From an uncultured Gemmatimonadaceae bacterium (GTDB lineage Bacteria > Gemmatimonadota > Gemmatimonadetes > Gemmatimonadales > Gemmatimonadaceae): a stretch of DNA of 64,000 nucleotides. Both the position numbers and the translations under genes were made by a program. The DNA lies in contig CAVVTZ010000007.1 of assembly GCA_963751275.1 (NCBI GenBank), positions 320,001 through 384,000 of the forward strand, given 5' to 3'. Of this stretch, positions 30,912 through 42,007 are shown one piece after another; the stretch's first letter is position 1; every line of letters begins with the position of its first letter. Under the pieces are notes generated by a model that had not been told where the DNA came from, did not search any database, and saw only the letters and a program-made list of their open reading frames with translations.

Positions 30912-31873
30912 AGGCGGCCCCCGCGCCGGCCTACGGCACCGCCGAGCTGCAGGCCGGCGGATCCACCGTGGTCATCGCACCGGCGCTGGGCGGGAAGATC
31001 GTCTCGATGCGGCTCGGCGGGCGCGAGTGGCTCTGGAGCGATCCGAAGTCGCCGCACCGCGCCGGCGAGTTCCCCGACAGCGGGGGCTACGATGAGCGCT
31101 TTCCCACGGCGGCCGCGTGCAATCTGCCGGCGATCACCGGCCGCTACTCGGCGCTCCATTTGCCGAACGCGTACAGCGGACTCGCGCTGCCGGAGCACGG
31201 CGAATTGTGGAATCAGCCCACGACGTTCTCGCTCGAGACGCGCAATGACGGCGTGTTCGCGACCTGCGGGTGGGTGAGCGAGCGGATGCCGTACCGGTTC
31301 GCGCGCGGTCTGCACGTGACCGCGGACGGGCGCGTGCTGATGCGCTACGCCGTGAAGAACGACGGCCTGGACCTGCTGCCGTATCTCTGGAGTGCGCAGC
31401 CGCTGTTCGCGCTCACGAAGCATACGCGGATCGAGCTGCCGGACGGCGCGCGCGTGCGGGTGTGGCGGCAGCACGGGGTGGACCTCGGCGGCGTGGGCTC
31501 GGAGAGCCGGTGGCCGCGCATCGCGTCGGCGGGGAAGCTGCACGATCTGTCGCGGCCGGACGGGATCGCGCGGCGATTCGCGTACCGCGTGTTCGTGGAC
31601 ACGCCGGCGGGGCACGTCGCGCTGATCGAGGAGGATGCGCGCCTCGACATGTCATTCGACGCGGCGCTCGCGCCGTTCGTCGCGATCTGGGTGAACCGGA
31701 AGGGATGGTCGGCGAGCTCGAAGCGGAAGCCGCCGGTGCATCTCTCGATCGGTCCGAGCAGCGGCGCGCCGGACTCGCTCACGGAGGCGCTCGGCACCTG
31801 GAAAAGCGCGTCATGGCTCGAGCCCGGCGAGACGAAGGAGTGGACCGTCGCCTGGAGTTCGACGAGTGTGTAG
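30908..31873 (+). CDS. Galactose mutarotase / aldose epimerase-like protein
   Basis: GTGA overlap with ispH; LGGKIVSM...REWLW, GGYDERFPT, LPEHGELW, LEPGETKEW. Confidence 0.75.
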   Translation: MKAAPAPAYGTAELQAGGSTVVIAPALGGKIVSMRLGGREWLWSDPKSPHRAGEFPDSGGYDERFPTAAACNLPAITGRYSALHLPNAYSGLALPEHGELWNQPTTFSLETRNDGVFATCGWVSERMPYRFARGLHVTADGRVLMRYAVKNDGLDLLPYLWSAQPLFALTKHTRIELPDGARVRVWRQHGVDLGGVGSESRWPRIASAGKLHDLSRPDGIARRFAYRVFVDTPAGHVALIEEDARLDMSFDAALAPFVAIWVNRKGWSASSKRKPPVHLSIGPSSGAPDSLTEALGTWKSASWLEPGETKEWTVAWSSTSV

Positions 31874-32324
31874 GACGTAGGTCTCGCTCGGCGCGGGGCG
31901 GCGTGACTCCATGCACTGATCGGCGGGCGGCGGGCCCCGCCTCGGCGGCCGACGCTCAAACCGCTTCGAGCTTCGCGCAAACTGCGCGCGAATCTCTCGC
32001 TTTTCGCTGAGGCCGCCTCCGGCGGAGCCCGCCGCCCGCCTCTACGTCCCGTGAACTACACCCACTCGCGCCTTTCAGGCCGCGATGACCTCCAAAGCGC
32101 GAGCCACCCTTGGCGGCGGACACCGCCTCGGTGCGCCGTGCAACTCGCGGTCGCGGGCAAACTGCAAACCGCGCGGGAAGTGAGTGTTGAGTTCGCGGAG
32201 AGAAAGGAGCGAGGCCACCCCCGGCGAGGCCGCCTCAGCGAGAAGCGAGAGACTCGCGGCGCAGTTCAGCCGCGAGGCTCGAAGCGGTTCGAGCGTGGGC
32301 GGCTCGAGCCGGGGGTGGCCTCGC
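31873..32324. repeat. Cluster of three related structured (REP-like / ncRNA-like) modules
   Basis: Module 1 (31922-32040) and module 3 (32209-32324, inverted) share an approximately 70-nt core but have different self-complementary closing stems. Module 2 (32051-32196) shares the AAACTGC loop. Confidence 0.7.
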
Positions 32325-32357
32325 GACGGACCCACCGAGGAGTCCCCTACTCGCTGC

Positions 32358-33822
32358 TTACTTCGCGAGATTGAAGTTCACGTACTCCGATTCCTCGGTG
32401 ACATCGCGCACGATGTACGGCTGCAGCCAGTCGGGCGGCACGGGCTGCACGTCCGCGCTGGGGAGCTCGATCTCGGCGAGCACCAGGTCGCGGTCCACGA
32501 AATGATCGATCTCCCACGCGAGATCGCCGTCGGACACGCGGTGGCGTTGCTTGTGCACACGCTTCCCCTCCGTGAGCGGCCACATCGTCTCGAACACCTC
32601 GCGCGTCGTCTCTTCCTCGAGCTCCGTGCGCACGAGGCCCGCGCCCGTCTTCACGGTGCGGTACCAGCGCACGCTCTCCGGCGTGGTCACGCGGCGCAGC
32701 CGCTCGATGAGCCGCGTGCCGGGGATGTAGCCCTGCTCGATCTCTTCCGCCGCCACGCCCGCGGCCGCGGCCGGGAAATGATTCAGCAGGTATTTCCGCT
32801 CGATCTCGAGCAGCGGCTTCGCCCGCGCGCCGATCGAGTCGGCCACCCGCTCCGCGTTGGCGAAGAAGTCCACGGCGCGCCCGCCGAGCCATTCGTCCTG
32901 CACGCGCTGGAACGCGGCCTCGCCGCTCACGCGAACGCGCTCGCCCAGCGCGAGCAGACCCGGGCTGCGGGTCGCGCCGGTGCACGCGCTTCGCGGCGCC
33001 CGTGTGGCTGCCGTGCGCGACCACCGCGAGCGTCTCACGCCGCGCGTGCTCGCCGGCGGCCGCCGACGCCGCCGCGACGAGTTCCGGCGCGAAGACGTGC
33101 GCATCGTGCAGCACGCCGAGCTGGTCCTGCAGCGCGCTGAGTCTCGCGCTCAACTCCGCGGCGCCGGGCACGAGATCCGACACCGGGTCGAGCAGATAGC
33201 GCAGCCGCTTCGCGATGATCCGGGCGCGGTGCGCATCCGCCTCGTCGGCCGCGCTGCGCACGGCATCGAGGGCGAGGCGCAGCTCCTCGATCTTCCGCCG
33301 CGCGCCGAGGGCCATGACGGCGGCGAAGGGCGGATCGGCGTACGAAGGTCCGGCGAGCACTGGTGCGTCGTAGCGCGCGAGCCGCCGGCGCACACGATGC
33401 GCGAGATGCGGGAAGGTGCTGCCGATCGCGCGCTCGAGGCGCGCGTCCGCCGCCGCCTTGCGTTCGGCGAGGCGCGCGCGGATCGCGTCGAGACCGATGC
33501 GGAGCCGCGGCGTGAGCGTGGCCCGCTGCGCCTCGAGCCACGCGAGGTGCACTTCGAGGTCGCGGCTCTCGCCGGTGGCGCGCGCGAGATCGCGCAGCCG
33601 GCGGAAGGTCCCGGCGCCGATGCTGTTGGCCAACGACTCGCGGTACGCGCGGAGTACGCTGCGCAGCCGCCGCAGCGCGACGCGGAAATCGTGCAGCGCC
33701 TCGACGTCCTCCGCGTGCCCGAGACGCACGCGCGCATCGAGCAGCCGGTCGAGCCGCTCGAGCGCGACGAGGCGCGCGCCCTGCGGCGCGGGCAGATCGA
33801 CGAGGTCGGCCGGCAGCGCCAC
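32358..33822 (-). CDS. CHAD-CYTH fusion protein (frameshift near 32960)
   Basis: CHAD: LHDFRVALRRLRS, HRARIIAKRLRY, LQDQLGVLHD. CYTH: EIERKYLL, IEQGY, WEIDHF, LAEIEL. Confidence 0.88.
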
Positions 33823-33824
33823 GG

Positions 33825-34334
33825 CTACTTCACCGCGAGCCGGCGCATTTGCCGCGGCGTGAGCGCCCACATGAGCACGCCGGTGCCGCCGGCCGGCACG
33901 CCTTCGAATTCCATCGCCAGCGCCGCGCCCTTCTTGAAGTCGATCACCGAGCGCGGCTGGCCGGTGAGCAGCCAGCTCGCCACTTCGCTCAGGTGCGGCT
34001 CGTGGCCCACCACCGCCACCACCGGCACGCTCTTCACCTCGCGCAGCCACGCCGCGAACTTCTCGCCGCTCTCGGTGGGCACCAGCTCGTGGATGATCAC
34101 CGTCTTCGGGTCCTTGTACGCGGCGCCTACGATCTTCGCCGTTTCCACGGCGCGCACGTAGGGGCTCGTCGCGATGAGATTGATCTCAGGCAACACCTCA
34201 CGCAGTCCCTTCACGCCGCGCTTCATCTTCTCCACGCCATCGTCCGTGAGCGGACGCTGGGCGTCGGGCCGGCCGGTGAGGGCGAACTCCTTTGGATCCT
34301 CGGCGATCGCGTGGCGGATGAAGATCAACTGCAT
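33825..34334 (-). CDS. sixA: Phosphohistidine phosphatase SixA
   Basis: IRHAIA, RPLT, SPYVRAVETA, VVGHEPHL. Confidence 0.9.
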   Translation of the reverse strand: MQLIFIRHAIAEDPKEFALTGRPDAQRPLTDDGVEKMKRGVKGLREVLPEINLIATSPYVRAVETAKIVGAAYKDPKTVIIHELVPTESGEKFAAWLREVKSVPVVAVVGHEPHLSEVASWLLTGQPRSVIDFKKGAALAMEFEGVPAGGTGVLMWALTPRQMRRLAVK

Positions 34335-34462
34335 GGCGGCTCTCCCGGGCGGCGCGGTGGGCGATGAAAGGAGGATGTCGCATTGCACGCGCGGAGTCCA
34401 GCGTTGCGCTTGACGTGCGGCGGCCCTCCGGACAATCTCCGAATCCCCATGCGACCGCGCCC

Positions 34463-35551
34463 ATGAGCCCCGCCCGCGACGCCCTGCGCGAGACGTTCGC
34501 GCAGCTCGATGCGCTGCGCGCCACCGAGCGGCGCGTGGCGATGGCCACGCTCGTCACCGCCAAGGGCGCGACGCCGCGGAAGGAAGGGGCGAAGATGTGG
34601 GTGGGCGAGGGCGGGCGGATCCTCGGCGCCGTCACGATCGGCGGCTGCATCGATGCGCGCGTGGTGGAGGAGAGCGAGGCCGTGCTCGCGAACGGCGCGC
34701 CGCGGCTGGTCACGATGTCGCTGAGCGATGCGGACGCCTGGGAGATCGGGTTCACGTGCGGCGGCGAGGTGGAGGTGCTCATTGAACCGGTCGCGCTCGA
34801 CGATCCCACCGATCCGGTCATGCGCGCGTACGACGCCGTGCGCGCGGCGCGTGCCGAGGGGCGCCGTGCGGTGATCGCCGCGCCGCTCCGGGGCGGTGTC
34901 GCGCGCGTCGTCCTGCGCGAGGACGATTCGCGGAACGGCACGCTCGGCCGCGCCGACCTCGATGGCGGCGCCGGCGTGGCCGCGCGGGAAGTGCTCCGCG
35001 GCGGTGCATCGCGCGTGATCACGATCGATGAAGCGCCATTCTTCTTCGAACTCCACGCGCCGCCGAGCGCGCTGATCGTGTTCGGCGCGGGACACGTCGC
35101 GATCCCGCTGGTGGCCATTGCCCACACGCTCGGCTGGCGCACCCTGCTCGTGGACGCGCGCGAACGCTACGCGACGCGCGAACGGTTCCCGGAGGCCGAT
35201 GAGATCCGCACCGGCATCCTCGGCGACATTGCCGCGTCGCTGACGTACGACCGGAGCACGTCGGTGGTGCTCACCGCACACGACTACAAATTCGAGGTGC
35301 CGGTACTGCGCGAGGTGCTGCGCCGCGAGCCCGCGTACATTGGCCTGCTCGGCAGCCGGAAGCGCGGGCGCGCGGTGCTCGACTTCCTCGCGCAGGAGGG
35401 ATTCGGCGCGGAGGATCTCGCGCGCGTGCACGTTCCGGTGGGACTGGACCTGGGCGCGGAGACGGCGGCCGAGATCGCGCTGGCGACGGCGGCGGAGATC
35501 ATGGCCGTGCGCAACGGACGGAGCGGCGAGCCGCTCAGCGGGCGCGGGTGA
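34463..35551 (+). CDS. xdhC: XdhC/CoxI family molybdoenzyme maturation chaperone
   Basis: TPRKEGAKM, GGCID, GFTCGG, FGAGHVA, YIGLLGSR, PVGLDLGAET. Confidence 0.9.
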   Translation: MSPARDALRETFAQLDALRATERRVAMATLVTAKGATPRKEGAKMWVGEGGRILGAVTIGGCIDARVVEESEAVLANGAPRLVTMSLSDADAWEIGFTCGGEVEVLIEPVALDDPTDPVMRAYDAVRAARAEGRRAVIAAPLRGGVARVVLREDDSRNGTLGRADLDGGAGVAAREVLRGGASRVITIDEAPFFFELHAPPSALIVFGAGHVAIPLVAIAHTLGWRTLLVDARERYATRERFPEADEIRTGILGDIAASLTYDRSTSVVLTAHDYKFEVPVLREVLRREPAYIGLLGSRKRGRAVLDFLAQEGFGAEDLARVHVPVGLDLGAETAAEIALATAAEIMAVRNGRSGEPLSGRG

Positions 35552-36126
35552 TCGCGGCGATCGTGCTCGCGGCGGGCGCGTCCACGCGCTTCGGCGCGCA
35601 GAAGCTGCTGGCGCCGCTCGGCGGCGCGACCGTGGTGCGCAGCGCGGTGTCGCGCGCGGTGGAGGCGGGCGTGGAGGACGTCATTGTCGTCGGGGGCGCC
35701 GATGCGGCGGCGGTGACCGCGGCGCTCGACGGGCTGCCGGTGCGGGTGATCGTCAACGCGAACGCGGCCGCGGGGATGAGCACCTCGCTCGCGGCGGGCG
35801 TGGCGGCGTGCGCGCCGGGAACGACGGCGGCGCTCGTGGCGCTCGGCGACCAGCCGCTCGTGCCGGCGGAAGCGTACGCCGCGGTGCTGCGCGCGTATCG
35901 TGCCGGAGGGGCGTCGATCGTGGCGCCGCGTTACACTGCAGGAGTGCGCGGGCACCCGGTGCTCTTCGACGCGACCGTGTTCACGGAGCTGGGCGCGCTG
36001 CGCGGCGACCGCGGCGCGCGCGAAGTGATCGAGCGGGATGCGCGGCGGGTGCGGATCGTGGACGTGCCGCTGCCGGCGCCCATCGATGTCGATGACCCGG
36101 CCGCGCTCGCGGCGCTCGCACCTTAG
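35548..36126 (+). CDS. mocA: Molybdenum cofactor cytidylyltransferase (MocA-like)
   Basis: IVLAAGASTRFG..KLL, GMSTSL, LGDQP, GHPVLF, GDRGAR, DVDDP. Confidence 0.85.
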   Translation: MIAAIVLAAGASTRFGAQKLLAPLGGATVVRSAVSRAVEAGVEDVIVVGGADAAAVTAALDGLPVRVIVNANAAAGMSTSLAAGVAACAPGTTAALVALGDQPLVPAEAYAAVLRAYRAGGASIVAPRYTAGVRGHPVLFDATVFTELGALRGDRGAREVIERDARRVRIVDVPLPAPIDVDDPAALAALAP

Positions 36127-36145
36127 CAGACAGGAGCAGACGCAG

Positions 36146-38254
36146 ATGGAGTTCCGCCACACCGCTTCGGCGACGATCGCGCTGGCTCTGCTCGCGGCAA
36201 CACTCGCCGCGCAAGCGCCGGCCCCGCCGCCATCGAAACATTCGCTCACGGTGGAGGAGGCGATCGCCGTGCGCATGGTCTCCGATCCGCAGATCTCGCC
36301 GGACGGCGACGCGATGCTCTACGCGGTCACCACCACCGATCTCGCCGCGAACTCGCGGACCACCACGAGTTACGTGACCGCCGCGAACTTCGCGGCGGCC
36401 AAGGCGTTCCCCGATGAGGCGTCGCACGCGTCCGGGGCGCGCTGGTCGCCCGACGGCAAGCGCGTCGCGTACATCGCCGGCGGGCAGCTCTGGATCGCCG
36501 ATGCGAACGGCTCCAACCGCACCCAATTGACGAAGCTCGCCGGCGGCGCGAGCGGGCCCGTGTGGTCGCCGGCCGGCAACCGGATCGCCTTCACGTCGGC
36601 GGTCACGCCGTCGTGCGACACGGACGCGTGCAACGCGGACCAGGCGAACGCGATGGCGGCGAGAGTGGTGAAGGCGCACGTGGCGGACTCGCTCTTGTAC
36701 CGCCATTGGAACGCGTGGGACGATGGCACGCGCCAGCATCTCTTCGTGATCGGCACCGACGGTTCGGCCGCGGTGGATCTCACGCCGCACGCGCCGTACG
36801 ATGTGCCGCCCGGCCCGTTCGGTTCGAGCGACGGGTACGCCTTCTCGCCCGATGGCCAGGAGCTCGCGTACACCGCGAAGGACCAGGGGCGCGCCAACGC
36901 CTGGAGCACGGACGTCAATGTCTACACCGTGCCCGCGGCCGGCGGCGCTCCCACGGTGATCACCGCGCAGAACGCGGGCGCCGACGAGAATCCCGTGTAC
37001 TCACCGGACGGGAAGTGGATCGCGTACCACTCGCAGGCACGCGCCGGTTTCGAATCCGACCGCTGGCGCTTGATGCTGTACGACCGCGCGTCGAAGCAGT
37101 CGCGCGAACTGCTCCCGCAGTGGGACCGCAACGCCGACCGCTATCTGTTCACGCCCGACGGCAAGTCGCTGCTCATCGAAGCCGTGGATGCGGCGCGCAC
37201 GAAGATCTTCCGCGTCGCGCTCACCGACGGTGCGAACGGCCGGCCGGCCGTCGAGGGCGCGCCGGTGGCGATCGTCTCGGAGCGGAACAACGCGTCGCTG
37301 ACGATCGACCGCGGCGGCCGCGCGATCGGCTGGTTGCGCGACGCGATCGATCATCCCCCCGACGCGTACGCGGCGGCGCTCGGCGCCGGCGGCATCTCCG
37401 GCGTGCGCGAGGTGACGCGCGCGAACGATTCACTGCTCGCCGCGGTGCGGCTGTATCCCGCCGAGGACTATTGGTTCAAGAGCGTGCGCGGGGACAGCGT
37501 GCAGGGGATGATCGTGCGGCCGCCGCAGTGGGCGCCGGGCGCGTCATATCCGGTGGTGCTGCTCATCCACGGAGGACCGCAGGTGCCGTGGCTCGACAGC
37601 TGGACCCGCCGCTGGAACGCGGAGTTGTTCGCGGCGCCGGGATATGGCGTGGTGCTGGTGAATCCGCGCGGCTCGCCCGGTTATGGACAGAAGTTCGTCG
37701 ACGGCGTCTCGCACGAATGGGGCGGCGCGGCGTACGCGGACCTGATGAACGGATTGGACGCCGCGCTCGCACGATTCACGTGGCTCGACGGCACGCACGC
37801 GGCGGCGGCGGGCGGGTCGTACGGCGGGTACATGGTGAACTGGATCGCGGGGCACAATACGCGGTTCAAGGCGCTGGTGTCGCACGCGGGCGTGTACGAT
37901 CTCGAAGCGGCGGCCGGCGCGACCGACGAGGAATGGTTCACCGACTGGGAGTTCACCGCGCCGTACTGGGATCCGTTGGCGATGGCGACGCAGTACCGCA
38001 CCTGGTCGCCGCATCTCTACGCGAAGGACTTCCACACGCCGATGCTGGTGATCGCGGGCGAGCGGGATTATCGCGTGCCGTACACCGAGAGCCTTTCGCT
38101 GTTCGCGGCGCTGCAGCGGCAGGGCGTGCCGTCGCGGCTCATCGTCTTCCCCGACGAAGGGCACTGGATCCTGAAGCCGCAGAACCAGCGCTTCTGGTGG
38201 GGCGAGGTGCAGGGGTGGCTGGCGCGTTACTTGAGCGACGCGCGCACGCCCTAA
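36146..38254 (+). CDS. Secreted S9 (prolyl oligopeptidase / DPP5-like) peptidase
   Basis: Signal peptide; PD40-like SPDG repeats; IHGGP, GGSYGG, DYRVP, DEGHW. Confidence 0.93.
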   Translation: MEFRHTASATIALALLAATLAAQAPAPPPSKHSLTVEEAIAVRMVSDPQISPDGDAMLYAVTTTDLAANSRTTTSYVTAANFAAAKAFPDEASHASGARWSPDGKRVAYIAGGQLWIADANGSNRTQLTKLAGGASGPVWSPAGNRIAFTSAVTPSCDTDACNADQANAMAARVVKAHVADSLLYRHWNAWDDGTRQHLFVIGTDGSAAVDLTPHAPYDVPPGPFGSSDGYAFSPDGQELAYTAKDQGRANAWSTDVNVYTVPAAGGAPTVITAQNAGADENPVYSPDGKWIAYHSQARAGFESDRWRLMLYDRASKQSRELLPQWDRNADRYLFTPDGKSLLIEAVDAARTKIFRVALTDGANGRPAVEGAPVAIVSERNNASLTIDRGGRAIGWLRDAIDHPPDAYAAALGAGGISGVREVTRANDSLLAAVRLYPAEDYWFKSVRGDSVQGMIVRPPQWAPGASYPVVLLIHGGPQVPWLDSWTRRWNAELFAAPGYGVVLVNPRGSPGYGQKFVDGVSHEWGGAAYADLMNGLDAALARFTWLDGTHAAAAGGSYGGYMVNWIAGHNTRFKALVSHAGVYDLEAAAGATDEEWFTDWEFTAPYWDPLAMATQYRTWSPHLYAKDFHTPMLVIAGERDYRVPYTESLSLFAALQRQGVPSRLIVFPDEGHWILKPQNQRFWWGEVQGWLARYLSDARTP

Positions 38255-38330
38255 CCATTGCGCCCCGTCGAATCGGGTGTGCATCGTTGAACCGGGATCG
38301 GCACCGCGTCTCTAGGTGGAGGGAGTAGCC

Positions 38331-38906
38331 ATGTATCGCATGAGCGGACCGGCCATGTTGCTGGCGTTGGCGGCGTGCGCCTCGGCGAGCACGGGGGGCG
38401 GCGACGCGCCGTACGTGACGCAGCAGGTGCACGAGCAGCAGATCAACAACGGCAGCGGCACCGCCGACCCCATCACGAGCGTCGATTCGAAGGACGTGAT
38501 GCTCGCGACGATCCTGTCGCCGGTCGACTCCGTCTGGAACGTCCTGGGATCGGTGTTCCTCGATCTCGGGGTCGAACCGCAGACCGTGGACCCCGCGCAA
38601 CACTATCTGGCGAACACATCGTTCCGGGTGCCGGGCACCTTGGGCGGCGTGAGCGTCAGCCACTATCTGGATTGCGGGGCGAACATCTCCGGCGTGGTGG
38701 CACAGAATTCGCAGATCACGATGTCGCTCACCGTGCAGGTCGTGAAGGACTCGAGCAGCGTGTCGACCCTCAAGTCACAGGTGGACGGATACGCCGTGCA
38801 GCGCGGATTGCAGGCGCAGAAGGTGCTATGCGCGACCACGGGGCAGCTGGAAGCGCGTATCGCGCGCATGGTGACGGACGAGCTCAAGCACCGTGGGAAG
38901 AATTGA
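38331..38906 (+). CDS. Hypothetical lipoprotein
   Basis: GGAG RBS; lipobox LAAC; YLDCG and C-terminal CATTGQLEARI. Confidence 0.8.
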   Translation: MYRMSGPAMLLALAACASASTGGGDAPYVTQQVHEQQINNGSGTADPITSVDSKDVMLATILSPVDSVWNVLGSVFLDLGVEPQTVDPAQHYLANTSFRVPGTLGGVSVSHYLDCGANISGVVAQNSQITMSLTVQVVKDSSSVSTLKSQVDGYAVQRGLQAQKVLCATTGQLEARIARMVTDELKHRGKN

Positions 38907-38907
38907 G

Positions 38908-39039
38908 ATGGGGGTCCGCGCCGCGATGACCGCGGCGGCCTCCCTCGCGACCGCGGCCGCGTGCGCGAGCGCCGGCCAGCTCGAGGCGCGCATCACGCGC
39001 ATGGTCACCGATGCGATCGCGCACCGCGGCAAGAAGTGA
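38908..39039 (+). CDS. 43-aa mini-paralogue (or remnant) of the upstream lipoprotein
   Basis: MGVRAAMTAAASLATAAACASAGQLEARITRMVTDAIAHRGKK; C-terminal half matches the end of 38331..38906. Confidence 0.6.
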   Translation: MGVRAAMTAAASLATAAACASAGQLEARITRMVTDAIAHRGKK

Positions 39040-39068
39040 TCCGGACGTCCACCCTCAGCACTCCAGGC

Positions 39069-39502
39069 ATGCCAAAGGATTACCCCGATCATCATGACGC
39101 GGAGCTGCTGCTCCAGCTGTACGACCTGCGCCGGGAAACGTCGCTGCGCGAGGCGCGCACCACGATGGTGACGCAATTCCTGCCCAAGAGCTTCGAGGAG
39201 CTCAAGACGATCGCGACGAGCACCGCGCATCCGCAGAACCAGGCGTTCCGGCAGGCATCGACCTACTGGGAGATGGTGTACGGGATGGCGAAGCACGGGA
39301 TCATCCACGCGGACTTCCTCATGGAGAACGCGGGGGAGGGGCTCATCATCTACGCGAAGTCGCTGCCGTGGCTGAAGCAGCTGCGCGAGGAGACGGGGCG
39401 GCCCTTCCTGGCGAACGCGGAGTGGGTGGCGGCGAACAGCGAGAACGCGAAGAAGACGCTCGCGCGCTTCGTGGCGTCGGTCGAAAAACAGCGCGCCGCG
39501 AA

Positions 39503-39506
<4 letters not shown>
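39069..39506 (+). CDS. Hypothetical helical protein (DUF4760-like)
   Basis: HDAELLLQLYDLRRE...REAR, TYWEMV; normal codon usage. Confidence 0.7.
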
Positions 39507-41383
<1,877 letters not shown>

Positions 41384-41924
41384 CTACTCCTTCCCTCTGA
41401 ACTTCACTTCGACGCCGTGCCCGCTGCGGCCGTTGATCAGCTCGAAGTAGTAATCGCCGCCCAGCACCACCGCGCGCGCGCTCACGAGCACATAGTCGCC
41501 CACCTTCCACGTATCCGACTCGGGGCGCTTCGCGAGCAATACCTCCCACACGGTGCCATCCGCCAGCTTCACGTAGCTGCCGCCGTCGCGCACGTCGGTG
41601 ATCCGGCTGCCATACTCGGCGCTCGGCGGGCCGGCGTACGACACGCCGCCGTTGTTGTCTGCCGGCGCTTCCGCCGCGGCGGGCGCGCCCGCCTGCGCGC
41701 CGTACGACGCCGCGTGCTCCACGATCGTGGTATAGCGCGAGAGCCATGCATTCGAGCGCCGCGCGCTGCTGCGGCGTGAGCGACGCGATCCCCGTCTCGC
41801 GCATCTCCGCCGGCGACATCACGTCGCTCATCCGCGGGGCGGATGATGATTGCGCCGCGAGCGCGGGCGCAGCGAAGGCGGCGCTCGCGAGGAGCGCGGC
41901 CAGGAGCTTCGTGGAGCGGGTCAT
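41384..41924 (-). CDS. Secreted hypothetical protein (frameshift near 41745)
   Basis: Signal peptide [49 protein letters not shown]. Confidence 0.7.
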
Positions 41925-42007
41925 TGGAGTTCTCCGGAACGGGGGCATGATGAATACTACCCCATACCCCCTTACCGTTGCATGGCGCACAGGCCCCGAA
42001 CCGCCGC

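Noticed and set aside
31873..32350. Possible tRNA/tRNA-Sec or protein-coding ORFs (32051..32374, 32075..32335)
   Set aside because: No convincing cloverleaf with T-arm and CCA end, and no protein motifs; better explained as structured repeats.
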